Assembly (NCBI GenBank): GCA_038087875.1
Contig: CM075993.1
Location: 3,288,001 to 3,352,000, forward strand
Direction: 5' to 3'
Length of the DNA: 64,000 bases
DNA from: Malacoraja senta
Lineage: Eukaryota
Positions 1 to 12,197 of the stretch are shown here, in pieces. A model generated the notes under the pieces. That model was given only the letters and a program-made list of their open reading frames with translations. It was not told where the DNA came from and searched no databases. Every line of letters begins with the position of its first letter. The first letter of the stretch is position 1. Both the position numbers and the translations under genes were made by a program.

Positions 1-900
1 CTTCTTACCCTCTCCCCTTCCCTCCCGCCCCGCACTGACGTCACCCGACAACCACCTCCGGATGTCACTTCCTCCCTTTCCGTCACCCGCCCCGCACTGA
101 CGTCACCCGACAACCACCTCCGGATGTCACTTCCCTCCCTTTCCGTCACCCGCCCCGCACTGACGTCACCCGACAACCACCTCCTGATGTCACTTCCCGC
201 CCTTTCCCTCTCCCGCCCCGCACTGACGTCACCCGACCACCTCCCCCTGATGTCACTTCCCTCCCTTTCCCTCTCCCGCCCCGCACTGACGTCACCGACC
301 ACCTCCCCCTGATGTCACTTCCCGCCCTTTCCCTCTCCCGCCCCGCACTGACGTCATCGCTCCCGCCGGCAGGATGTCATTTCCGCCCCCTTCCCCTCTC
401 CCGCCCCGCACTGACGTCATCAGCCAACCTCCTCCTGATGTCTGAAGAAGGGTTTCGGCCCGAAACGTTGCCTATTTCCTTCGCTCCATAGATGCTGCTG
501 CTGCACCCGCTGAGTTTCTCCAGCATTTTTGTCTACCTTCCTCCTGATGTCACTTCCCTCCCTTTCCCTCACCCGCCCCGCACTGACGTCTTCCGACAAC
601 CTCCCCCCATGATGTCACTTCCCTCCCCCCGCCCCGCACTGACGTCATCCACCCGCCGGCAAGGACGTCACTTCCGCCCCCTTCCCCTCTCCCGCCCCGC
701 ACTGACGTCAGCCCTCCCCTTCCCGCCGGCAAGGTTGTCACTTCCGCCCCCTGTCCCTCTCCCGCCCCGCACTGACGTCAACCCTCCCCCTCCCCTGACA
801 CGGACGTCATTTCCGCCCCTCTGTCTCTCTCCCCACACACACACACACGTTGGCAACCGAAGACACTTCCGCCCCTCTCTCAAGCCCCCGCTTCCGGCAC
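1..900. repeat. ~62-63 bp minisatellite of GC-box/CRE/ETS motifs, degenerating rightward
   Basis: Eleven copies of CCGCCCCGCACTGACGTC. Perfect TGACGTCA at 36, 98, 161, 224, 287, 349, 412, 640, 703 and 773. May extend left of the window. Confidence 0.9.
443..538 (+). mobile_element. Penelope pLTR fragment inserted in the minisatellite, with 13-bp flanking duplication
   Basis: Family sequence TGAAGAAGGGTTTCGGCCCGAAACGTTGCC...GTCTACCT flanked by TCCTCCTGATGTC at 430-442 and 539-551. Confidence 0.8.
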
Positions 901-1079
901 CTCCCTCCCCACAGATGCTGCCCGACCCGCTGAGTTACTGCAGCCATCTTGTTCTGTTACCACAGTGAGTGAGCTGGATTATCCATCCGTACGTGTGTTT
1001 GCCACAAAAAAACCTTCAGCTTTAACACTGTGAGATGTGAGTAAACAGCCTGAGATAATATGAGGAGAATAACCTAAAG

Positions 1080-2124
1080 GTAGCAATGTTACAGAATTTT
1101 GAGATTTTAAAAAATAAAGTCTGCAAATTTATCCCATCAGATAAAGCATAAAAAGACGTTAATTTGACACCTAATTCACTTTCATATCTTCAGTATTAAA
1201 AAAGTTATGGCCATTTTCATACTCGGAAATTAGCATCTTGTTCCCTATTGCTTTTCCATTGACTTAACACAAAAGCTGTGATCGAGGACAGTTAAAAGGC
1301 CCATAACTTTCTTAAAAAATTAAGAGAACTGAAAGAAATGTTCAGTTATTATAGATTGAAGCATTCTAAAACAAACATGAAACAATCTTACTTAGATGAC
1401 ATGAAATTAAAGCATATAATTAGTTAGTTACCTAATTGTAGCTAATTACAAAATTCAATTACTAGATCTAAACATCTATCAATTTCTTAAGAATAGATGA
1501 ACATTTTTAAATAGCCTAAGTGTCCAAATAACATTCACACAAGAATTCACAATATAACATATTTTTAAATCTCATTGTCATGGATTTACAGGGCCAAATG
1601 GAAGGAAATGAATGTTTAATACCTGTAAAATTAATGGGCATTTAAATCATCTTGCGAGTGGGTTTTTATGGAACGCGATCATTTGGAACGTTGATTTGCG
1701 GTGAATTTAACCCCGTATCGGCATGACAAATACTGCTGTTAGTTCGGGGAAAATAATCACCGTTTCGCATTTAAAAATGTGAATTAAAGGCCTCTTAAGA
1801 AGCATTTTTATACATAAAATAAACTGCTTTCGTTTACCTGTCCAATGTGGTGAAATCCGTCCCGTTGTCGGCATTGACGGCTTTCGAAGCTGATTTCAAA
1901 TAACTCCAGCGCTGAACTTGTCGATCGAATAAAAATAAAAAATACACAAAACGCCCGTCGGAACGATTCTTCAGCAAAAGCTGGCACTCCAACGAAATAT
2001 AATTCAGGACAAGGTAGGAGAAACCGCGTTTTAACCCCACCCCCCCTCAAAGGCGCCAAAATCGCACACATGGCCAGTGGCAGAATTGCAGCGCCGCTGA
2101 AGGTAAGTATTGTAACAGACCTAC
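1080..2124. mobile_element. Possible non-autonomous DNA transposon with imperfect TIRs
   Basis: Left end GTAGcaaTGTTACA versus reverse complement of the right end GTAGgtcTGTTACA. Interior is AT-rich then CpG-rich, unlike the flanks; no transposase recognised. Confidence 0.4.
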
Positions 2125-2159
2125 TGAAGGGTTTGTTCACCAGGTCACAAGTTACCGGG

Positions 2160-2945
2160 GTAGAATTAGGCCATTCGGCCCATCAAGTCTCCTCCGCCAT
2201 TCAATCATGGGCTCATAGAAACATAGAAAATAGGTGCAGGAGGCCATTCGGCCCTTCGAGCCAGCACCGCCATTCATTGTGATCATGGCTGATCGTCCCC
2301 TATCAATAACCCGTGCCTGCCTTCTCCCCATATCCCTTGATTCCACTAGCCCCTAGAGCTCTATCTAACTCTCTCATAAATCCATCCAGTGGTTTGGCCT
2401 CCCACTACCCTCTGTGGCAGGGAATTCCACAAATTTACAACTCTCTGGGTGAAAAAGTTTTTTCTCGCCTCAGTCTTCTCACCTCAGAGGGAGATCTATG
2501 TCTCCCTCCAAACCCCATTCTCCTGCCTTCTCCCCATCACCTGTGTCACTCGTACTAATCAGGAATCTGTCAATCTCCACCTTATAGATATCAATTGACT
2601 TGGCCTCCACATCCTTCTGTGGCAATGAATTCCACAGATTCTCCGCCCTCTGACTAAAGAATTCCTCCTCATCTCCTTCCTAAAAGAACGTCCTTTAATT
2701 CTGAGGCTGTGACCTCTAGTCCTAGACTCTCCCACTGGTGCAAACATCCTCTCCACATCCACTCTATCCAAGCCTTTCACTATTCTGTGTGAGGTCGCCC
2801 CTCAATCTTCTAAACTCCAGGCCCAGTGCCGTCAAAAGCTCATCATACGTTAACCCACTCATTCCTGGAATCGTTCTTGTAAACCTCCTCTAGACCCTCT
2901 CCAGAGCCAGCATGCCCTTCCTCGGTTATGGGGCCCAATTTGCTC
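2160..2945 (-). mobile_element. Nested CR1/HER1-like LINE 3' fragments
   Basis: Minus-strand peptide GLDRVDVERMF...GESRTRGHSLRIKGRSFRKEMRRN, typical of the CR1 ORF2 C-terminus, plus recurrent 3' tails. Confidence 0.85.
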
Positions 2946-3518
2946 TCGACCCGAAGCCTCACCCATCCTCTTTAGAGATGCTGCCTGTCCGCTGAGTTAC
3001 TCCAACTTTTTGTGTATTTATGGTTTAAACTGGCATCTGCAATTCCTTCACACACACAAGCAATAATTCTTTGTAGGAACAAACTGCACATGCTGGTTTA
3101 CACCGAAGATAGACACAAAATGCTGGAGTAACTCAGTCTTCAGTCAGAGTTATGGATCGGAAGCAAGCTATTCGAGTTGAAGCACCTGAGATTTTGTCAG
3201 ACTGAAGAAGTGTCTTGACCTGATATGTCACCTATTTCCTCTCTCCAGAGATGCTGCCTGTCCCCCTGAGTTACTCCAGCTTTTGTGTCTATCTTTGAGA
3301 TTATTGAATGTCTGAAGACAGGCGCAAGATGCTGGAGTAACTCAGCAGGACAGGCAGCATCTCTGGAGAGAAGGAATGGGTGAAGTTTCGGGTCGAGACC
3401 CTTCTTCAGACTTACTGCGGCATCAGTTTGGCTCCATCCAGAGTATGGGCGGCACGGTGGCACAGCTAATAGAGCCACTACCTCACAGCGTCAGAGACCC
3501 GGGTTCAATCCCGACCTC

Positions 3519-4025
3519 GGGTGTTTCGGGACTCACAACATCAGACACCCTCGCCCAGGCGACCCAGCCGGGGTTGATCAGGCCCCGACTTGCGTCCCAG
3601 CAACAACCGCCCACGGATCAGCCATCTTAATAACTACTCTGCAGGGGTTGGGAGGACTCTAGTGCGTGGAGGGACTGGGTTCTGTGGGGGTGAGTCCTGG
3701 CCGGGTTGCTCCTGCGTCTCACCAGGATCAAGGCCTGCGCGCTGCACCTCTTTCTCTCCCGAGCATTTCATTCTCGCCTGATGGATTTTTAGGCCATGGT
3801 TGTTCATTAGGCCTTTCTGTAGCTTTGTTGGGTGACTTTCTCACGAAAGACACAGACTGTGCTGCTAACCCAGCCTGTCCCGGGTGCAGTCTTTCAGTGT
3901 CCTCAACTGTCTCTCCAGTAGTCACCAAACTATTCTTGGTTGTCATTCTAGGTAAGTAAGTATAATTCTATAAGTAAAAGCCTTATAAACATGCCATCCC
4001 TTGCACTGGGCATCAGTCATTGTTT
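3519..4025 (-). mobile_element. Internally deleted Hero-like (RLE-clade) non-LTR element: 5' portion joined to 3' UTR
   Basis: Minus strand encodes NNHGLKIHQARMKC...PGETQEQPG (N-terminal zinc-finger-like segment I associate with Hero elements). 3519-3600 shares CTGATCAACC...GAGGGTGTCTG...CCGAAACACCC with the element at 19458-19800. Confidence 0.7.
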
Positions 4026-5494
4026 CCTTAAAGTATTGCATTTCGTTTATAGACAATAGACAATTGGTGCAGGAGTAGGCCATTCGGCCCTTCGAGCCAG
4101 CACCGCCATTCAATGTGGTCATGGCTGATCATCCCCAATCAGTACCCCGTTCCTGCCTTCTCCACATATCCCCTGACTCTGCTATTTTTAAGAGCTCTTT
4201 CTAGCTCTCTCTTGAAAGCATCCAGAGAACCTGCCTCCTCTGAGGCAGAGAATTCCACAGACTCAACACTCTCTGTGAGAAAAGTGTTTCCTCGTCTCCG
4301 TTCTAAATGGCTTACTCCTTATACTTTTTACTGTTTACTGGTAACAGTGCAAATTTACAGATCTTCTGCTTCTTCTTGCGAATGAAACATAAACCAAAGG
4401 AATAGTTAGATCTCAAGCCGGGTGTTGAGCAGCCAGGTTGTGTCTCTGCGATAATTTGCAGATGAAAGGCAATTTCAAAGGAATAGCTTTGAGATGATTC
4501 GCTTTACAATCTACAGGGGGCGTAGGTGAGCCAGTTTGTACACACAGGCTCAAACTGTTCGAGTGTCTCTTAACTATATCTACCCACCTTCATTCCAAAT
4601 CTAAAAGAATTGACTATATTTTAACTGCTAAATTAATGGTCATTATCGCTTGTTTCTGAATGTCAACATCAAGTCAAGCTGAGTTTGTCAGGCTTTCAGA
4701 CGTTCCATGATTCTATCTCTGAATCAGTAGCCCGGAACTCTAGCTGGTAGCCCAGTGACTTGATCAAGATGTTATTGCCATTAATATGACCTTTGAGGCT
4801 GGACAGTAGCCACAGTGTAGGAAGGAACTGCAGATGCTGGTTTACACCAAAGATAGACACAAAAGCTGGAGCAACTATCGGTGCAGGCAGCATCTCTGGA
4901 AGGAAGGAATGGGTGACGTGTCGGGTCGAGACCCTTCATCAGACAGTGTTTCATGTACAAAAAGTACACACATTCACACTCTACTGCTCTTGGTTTCAAA
5001 TCCCAAGTTAATTGACCAGAAGATTACGGCAAAAATGGACTAAAAAGTCTATTGCTATTTTGCTAGGTTATTCTCTTGATAAGTGAATGAATAATTCAGA
5101 GTAGTTTGGGGTCCAAAGAATTTTCGGTACTTGGAGAAGACTGATCATTGATCTGATTAGATTTGTTATAGGCTGAAAATTGCCTTTTAATGAATGCTTG
5201 TCACATTTTACCCTGTACAAGTATTGAACTTTGGAAATTGCAGGTTTACGAGCAAAACAGATCTATGTTTCATTACTGAGGCATTAAAAATAGAGTAAAA
5301 TAGTTTCTGTCCCTTCTCAGGGGGAGAGGGAGATAGAAATTATAATTGTTCTCGTTACGACCTGTCTGCCAATACTTCTTTGATCCAATAGCCCTGTGGG
5401 CTGATTTTTATTAGATTACAAGGCAGAAGCGTTTGCAACTAACTTAGGAGACACAAGAAACTGCAGATGCGGGAATTATTCTGAAGAAGGGTCA

Positions 5495-5930
5495 TAGAAA
5501 CATAGAAAAATAGATAGAAATAGAAAATAGGTGCAGGAGTAGGCCATTCGGCCCTTCGAGCCTGCACCGCCATTCAATATGATCATGGCTGATCATCCAA
5601 CTCAGTATCCCATTCCTGCCTTCTCTCCATACCCCCTGATCCCTTTAGCCACAAGGGCCACATCTAACTCCCTCTTAAATATAGCCAATGAACTGGCCTC
5701 AACTACCTTCTGTGGCAGAGAATTCCACAGATTCACCACTCTCTGTGTGAAAAATGTTTCCTCGTCTCAGTCCTAAATGGCCTACCCCTTATTCTTACAC
5801 TGTGACCCCCTGGTTCTGGACTCCCCCAACATCGGGAACATTTTTCCTGCATCTAGCCTGTCCAATCCTTTAAGAATTTTATATGCTTCCATAAGATCTC
5901 CCTCTCATCCTTCCAAATCCCAGTGAATTC
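5495..5930 (-). mobile_element. CR1/HER1-like LINE 3' fragment
   Basis: Same tail and ORF2 end as the copies at 27415-27760 and 45315-46024. Confidence 0.85.
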
Positions 5931-6059
5931 CGGACTCTAAACATTGCCTGTTGCATCTGAAGAAGGGTCCCCTACCAGAAATGATGCCTATCTATTGCCT
6001 GCCCAGGAGCTGCCCGACCCGCTGAGTTCCTCCAGCAGTCTTGGTGTTGCAACCATCTG

Positions 6060-6375
6060 TGCACCGTTTGCCAAACACTTTAACCCCCTCCCGTTCCCAC
6101 ACCGACCTTTCTGTCCTGGGCCTCCTCCACTGTCAGAGTGAGGCCCAGCGCAAACTGGAGGAAACAGCACCTCATATTTCGCTTGGGCAGCTTACACCCC
6201 AGCGGTATGAACATTGACTTCTTTTATCTTCAAGTAACCCTTGATGTTCCTCTCTCTCCATCCCTCCTCCTCTTCCCAGTTCTCCGACCAGTCTAGCAGT
6301 CCCCGGCTACATTTTATCTCTGTTTGCTTTGTTGACACCTTCTCCTAGCTAACAATGATCTAGTCTACATTTTCT
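6060..6375 (+). mobile_element. Penelope-like element fragment: GIY-YIG endonuclease C-terminus and downstream pLTR sequence
   Basis: Frameshifted peptide AKHFN...H.DLSVLGLLHCQSEAQRKLEE-QHLIFRLGSLHPSGMNIDF matches the PLE endonuclease end pattern (E..I..L.(S/T)..P.G.N). Confidence 0.8.
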
Positions 6376-8527
6376 CCTCTCACCCTGGCCACAAACTCTT
6401 TGAATCACTTCCCTCTGGAAGGCGACTCCGGACTGTCAAAGCTGCCACAGCCAGACATAAAAACAGTTTTTATCCACGAGTAGTTGCTCTACTCAACAGC
6501 CAAAAATCTGTAGCCTCCCTTTGATCTGGTATTTTGTTGGTTCACATGCTTGATCAATGGTGTTTTATCATGAATGTTTTATTATTATTAATGTTTAGTG
6601 TTTCTGAGTCATTCGTAACTGTCACTCTATGTCACGTTGTTACTTGTGGGCGGAGCACCAAGGCAAATTCCATGTATGTGAATACTTGGCCAATAAACTT
6701 ACTTACTTACTTTTGAGGTCTCGTTTTCACACACTATATCCTTATCTGTGTCTCCCTCTCCCCTGACTCTCAGCCTGAAGAAGGGTCTCAACCCGAAACG
6801 CCACATATTCTTTCTCTCCAGAGATGCTGCCTGCCCAGTGCCGGTACTGTCCGATTCGCCTCTACCCCGTTGTGGACATTGTGATTAACTTGGGTGAGGT
6901 AGAAGACAGCGACCATCCAAAGCAGATCAATGAGGACAAGCGGATTTTCCAAATGTGTAGGAAGGATCTACAGTTGCTGTTTTTTACCAAAGAAGGGACA
7001 CAAAATGCTCTTTGGTATAAATGCTTAAAACAAGGCACAGAGTCTGGAAACATGAGACCACTCTGCGTGACTCCAGGAATACTGAAGAAGGGTCTCGACC
7101 CGAAACGCCACTCAACAAGAGTCTGGAAACTTGAGACCACTCTGCATGACTCTAGGAATACTGAAGAAGGGTCTCGACCCGAAACGCCGGCCATTCCTTC
7201 TCTCCAGAGATGCTGCCTGTCCCGCTGAGTTACTCCAGCTTTTTGGGTCTATCTCGTATCTCTATCATATTTAAGCCATGTAGCATTTTAGCTTCCTCTT
7301 GCCACACTCTAGCTAATTCTATTTGCGTAAAATTCTCTTGGGTATTATTTTAAACAGATCCGAACTGTTGGATTGCAATAGGTCCCCTGAATGTCCCTGA
7401 CTGAATAAACAGCAACAGAAAGGATGCACACTGCAGTGGAAATGTGCACAGTTTGTTAACGTCTTGGTGCATTGCTAAAGCCAGTGGCAGCTGCGATAAT
7501 TGTTACACACTAGAGTGGGTAAGAATATTGATTTCTCTAACTTCAAGTAACCCTTTCATCCCCTCTCTCTCCGTCCCTCCCCCATCCTCGCCGAACTACT
7601 GGTTTCACTGTCGTCCTGTTGAGTTTCACCATCAATATTAATTCATTATCACCCACCCCCACAGCCAACAATGGACCATTGTGGGCTCCACCTTGCCTTG
7701 ATCATCGTTGCTTTTTAGCATATCTTCCATGTACCTTCTACATCACTCGTTTCCCCGAAGAAGTATTTTCTCCGGGTGCTCCCGTTTCCCCCTACACTCC
7801 AAAAGACGTACAGGTTTGTAAGTTAAGAAGGAACTGCAGATGCTGGAAAAATTGAAGGTAGACAAAAATGCTGGAGAAACTCAGCGGGACAGGCAGCATC
7901 TATGGAGCGAAGGAATAGGCGACGTTTCGGGTCGAGACCCTTCGACAGTCTGAAGAAGGGTCTCGACCCGAAAGGTCACCTATTCCTTCTCTCCACAGGT
8001 TTATAGGTTATTTGGCTTTGGTTAAAAAAAAGAAAATTGGCCCCAGCGTGTGTAGGATAGTGTTAGTGTGCGGGGACGGATGGTCAGCACGGACTCGGTG
8101 GGCTGAAGGGCCTGTCTCCACACTGTATCACTAAACAAGGTTCCCAACCCGAAATGTCACCTATTCCTTTTCTCCAGACCCGCTGAGTTAGTCTAGCACT
8201 TTGTGTAATCCGTAGCTGAGTCCAGTGTGGGAAATGAAGATTCTTCCACAGTGGTGACAGGAAGAGTGGGCAGTTGTGAGGTGCTCAACTCTTTCTGTAG
8301 TTTCCCCTGGGCATCTGTATGGTCCCACGTTTCAGATTGAGACCATTGTTTAGGACCCGTCACCCATTCCTTCTCTCCAGAGATGCTGCCCATCCCACTG
8401 AGTTACTCCAGCATTTAGTGTCTATCTTCGGTGTAAACCGGCATCTGCAGTTCCTTCCTTCACATGATCTCACCTGCCTGTACATGATCCACATCCTTCT
8501 ATCCCCTGCATTTTCATGTGCCTATCT

Positions 8528-8925
8528 CATCGTCGGCGGTCACTTGAAACGAGTATGACTGTCCTCTCATGGAGGACGCCTGTGCGTGACTTTGTTTAAC
8601 GTGGGGAGACTGGTGCACAGACAGCCACCCCACGGTCCTTGACAGATCTGGGTCAGGATCCAGTGGCATGGAGTCCAAGACTACCGGAGACCCTTTTCTG
8701 CTTCAGCCTTCATCCGCCTTCCCAGCCGTTGTGACGCTCCACTAAGGTCAGCCATCGTCCTCCGCCTGTTCCACCGTTGAGGTCTTGGTTGGATTGCTCT
8801 TTGTCAGAGACCAGACCTCCCCCTCGACCTTACCGCCATGGGTGGCCCTACCAGGAGCATAGCTCCAGACGGCATCGCTCTCAGGATCTCAGGACCACGA
8901 CAAGGTGACAATCCACGGAGAAGTG
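8528..8925 (-). mobile_element. RTE-related short non-autonomous retroposon
   Basis: Minus strand contains GAGCTATGCTCCTGGTAGGGCCACCCATGGCGG...CTGACAAAGAGC, resembling RTE-clade (Expander/BovB-type) 5' UTR motifs from memory; no ORF. Confidence 0.55.
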
Positions 8926-9357
8926 TGCCTATCTATAAGCCTCGTAAAACGCCACTGTCGTATATCTGAAGTTCAAGTTCAAAGCTGTTAAAAATGTGAG
9001 TCTTAACTTGGCTCTCAATGCCCTTGGTCCTGGTGGCGGCACTGGGTTGGAGGGTGTCAGGAGCTGAATTAACTCAACAACTGCTCATTTTTGCGTGATC
9101 GGGAGAGATAGGAACATCAGCCCTTAGTTGAAAACTAACCATTGCCGAAAATCTCCTAAACTGTTTTATTACCCGAGCCTCAGGGAGTGAAAGAGATGAA
9201 TGTGCCATTTGTGTACTGATTTGCTCTGGTCCTTCCATAGAGATTATCAAAGCTCTTCAGGGGAAAGCAGTTTCCAACGTATCCTGAAAAACAAATTATA
9301 GCGCTTACTCACTTTGACAATCTGCAGCTTCAAAGTAAAAATATATCTCCACCTTCA

Positions 9358-10000
9358 GTGCAGTGGCAGAGTTACTGCCTAGAAACCCGGTTCGATCCTG
9401 CCTACGGGTAGGAAAGAACTGCAGATGCTGGTTTATTCGAAGATAGGCACAAAATGCTGGAGTAACTCAGCGGGACAGGCAGCATCTCTGGAGAGAAGGA
9501 TGCTGCCTGTCCCGCTGAGTTACTCCAACATTTTGTGTCTATCCTGACCACGGGTGCAGTCTGTACGGAGTTTGTACGTTGTCCCCGTGACCTGCGTGGG
9601 CTTTCTCTGAGGTCTTCGGTTTCCTCCCACACTCCAAAGACGTACAGGTTTGCAGGTTAGACAAAATTGCTGGAGAAACTCAGTGGGTGCGGCAGCATCT
9701 ATGGAGCGAAGGAAATAGGCAACGTTTCGGGCCGAAACCCTTCCGGGTTTCGGCCCAAAACGTTGCCTATTTCCTTCGCTCCATAGATGCTGCCGCACCC
9801 GCTGAGTTTCTCCAGCAATTTTGTCCACCTTCGATTCTCCAGCATCTGCAGTTCCTTCTTGAACAGGTTTGTAGGTTAATTGGCTTGGTATAAGCGTAAA
9901 TTGTCCCTTGAGAGTGTAGGATAGTGTGAATGTGCGGGGACCGCTGGTAGGTGCGGAATCGGTGGGCTGAAGGGCCTGTTCCCCGCGCTGTATCTCTAAC
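9358..10000 (+). mobile_element. HE1-like V-SINE interrupted by two Penelope fold-back inserts (about 9408-9542 and 9660-9862)
   Basis: tRNA-like head, V-domain GGTTTCCTCCCACACTCCAAAGAC and CR1-like tail GGGCCTGTT...CTGTATCTCTAA; the inserts are inverted pairs of pLTR sequence. Confidence 0.85.
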
Positions 10001-10328
10001 CTTTAGGGCATCGTGCAGGCTGCAGAGGAGTGAGATGAGGGCATCTCACCGCCTCTCACCACACGTAGACAAGCAGGGAGGGCAGGTGTGACAATGAAGA
10101 CGTTACATTGGAAGCTGGAAGTCCCATCTCTGCGGGAGGGTTTGTGTAGCAATAGAGTTGGCAGGATGATGCATACCACACACTGCACCACACACAATGT
10201 TTGAAGAAAGGTACCCGACCCGAAACGTTGTCCGTCCATTCTATTATGCACACTATTCCCTTATCCCATGTCAGTACACTGTGGAACTTCTTCGTACAGC
10301 CTAAAGTTGGGGTGGGAGATTGCAACCT

Positions 10329-10528
10329 NNNNNNNNNNNNNNNNNNNNNNNNNNNNNNNNNNNNNNNNNNNNNNNNNNNNNNNNNNNNNNNNNNNNNNNN
10401 NNNNNNNNNNNNNNNNNNNNNNNNNNNNNNNNNNNNNNNNNNNNNNNNNNNNNNNNNNNNNNNNNNNNNNNNNNNNNNNNNNNNNNNNNNNNNNNNNNNN
10501 NNNNNNNNNNNNNNNNNNNNNNNNNNNN
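10329..10528. other. Assembly gap (200 N)
   Basis: Run of exactly 200 N, a fixed-length placeholder; true size unknown. Confidence 0.99.
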
Positions 10529-11099
10529 GAGTTAGATGATCAGCCATGATCATATTGAATGGCGGTGCTGGCATCGAGAGGGCCGAATGGCCTACTCCTG
10601 CACCTATTTTCTATGTATCTATGTAAAAGACAGATCAGAGTATGGTGTCTAAGACCCAAGGTTGTTTAATTGCCATTTGTACCGGAAAGGGGACGATTAA
10701 ATTCCTGCTTGCCGCAGCTCCACGGGCTGGTAAACGCTACCATACACAATTTATCATAATTAATAATAAACTAATAGTAATACCAGACAACCGTAATAAG
10801 TGCGAACACCGAACTCTGTAGTGTAACCAAAGGCAGAGTCCAGAGAAGATCATGGCTGCTGAGGTTAGTGTTGTGCATTGTTCAAGAGGCCAAGGGATGA
10901 AGCTGTTCTTGAACCTGGTGGTCAAAAGTTCCAGGCGCAGAATTTGGCCCCTTGAGTCTACTCCGCCATTCAATCATGGCTAATCTATCGTTCCCCTCTC
11001 AACCCCATTCTCCTGCCTTCTCCCCATAACCCCTGACACCTGTACTAACCACAAATCTGTCAATCTCCACCTGAAAAATATTCCATTGACTTGGCCTCC

Positions 11100-11705
11100 A
11101 GTCCAAGCCCTTAACAATCTTATATGTTTCAATGAGATACCCTCTCATCCTTCTAAACTCCAGAGTGTACAAGCCCAGCTGTTCCATTCTCTCAGCATAT
11201 GACAGTCCCCGCCATCCCAGGAATTAACCTGGTAAACCTACGCTGCACTCCCTCAATAGCAAGAATGTCCTTCCTCAAGTTAGGGGACCAAAACTGCACA
11301 CAATACTCCAGGTGTGGTCTCTGTACAACTGCAGAAGGACCTCTTTGCTCCTATATTCGATTCCTCTTGTTATAAAGGCCAACATGCCATTTGCTTTCTT
11401 CACTGCCTGCTGTAACTGCATGCTTACTTTCATAGACTGATGTACAAGGACCCCCAGATCCCGTTGTACTTCCCCTTTTCCCAACTTGACGCCATTTAGA
11501 TAGTAATCTGGTCCTGTTTTTGCTACCAAAGTGGATAACTTCACATTTATCTGCATTAAACTTCATCTGCCATGCATCTGCCCACTCCCCCAGCCTATCC
11601 CAAGTCACCCTGTATTCTCATGGCATCCTCCTCACAGTTCACACTGCCACCCAGCTTTGAGTCATCTGCAGATTTGCTAACGTTACTTTGAATCCCTTCA
11701 TCAAA
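11100..11705 (-). mobile_element. CR1 LINE ORF2 reverse-transcriptase fragment, frameshifted
   Basis: Peptides DRLGEWADAWQMKFNADKCEVIHFG, QRDLGVLVHQSMK...AVKKANGMLAFI and LGLYTLEFRRMRG. Confidence 0.9.
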
Positions 11706-12197
11706 ATTGTTCCAAATGGAAAAGAATAGAATGCCTTATATTGTCATTCAAACAGACATGGATGGGTGACGTTTCAAGCCCCTTCCTCAGCTCATCTCAA
11801 AGGTTGTTAATTCATATATTCACGTTTCAAACCGTTTTCTTTCCAGTTCGAGCCAATTTTTTAGCCAATAATTGCTTTCCCGTACAAAGCGGTGCATCGC
11901 TGGGGATGTGTGTGTTAAATGAGAGTTACTACAGCTTCCTCATCGATGACTTTGCAAATAATTGAGGTGGCTATTTACAGAACCCGAGCCCTCACACACA
12001 TTTCAAATCGTCACAGCTCTCTGTCCTCATGGGCAAATATAATCAATTATATTAAAGGAAATGGAAGCTATTCGACGCAGTGAAAAACATCATTGCTCCT
12101 TTATTGTGATCATGTAATTTATCACACGTGTGGGAAAAAACCGTGCAAATTCTTTTTTGTGTGCCCTCTTCATCGATTTCCCTCCAGCCCCTCCATA

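Noticed and set aside
124..968. Pro/Ser-rich repetitive ORFs
   Set aside because: By-products of the C-rich minisatellite, and they read through a Penelope insert.
2098..2110. Strong donor-like AAG|GTAAGT
   Set aside because: Lies inside a probable DNA transposon and no upstream frame encodes ARID3-like sequence.
10056..10574. ORFs spanning poly-X, also 41744-42049
   Set aside because: Artefacts of translating N gaps.
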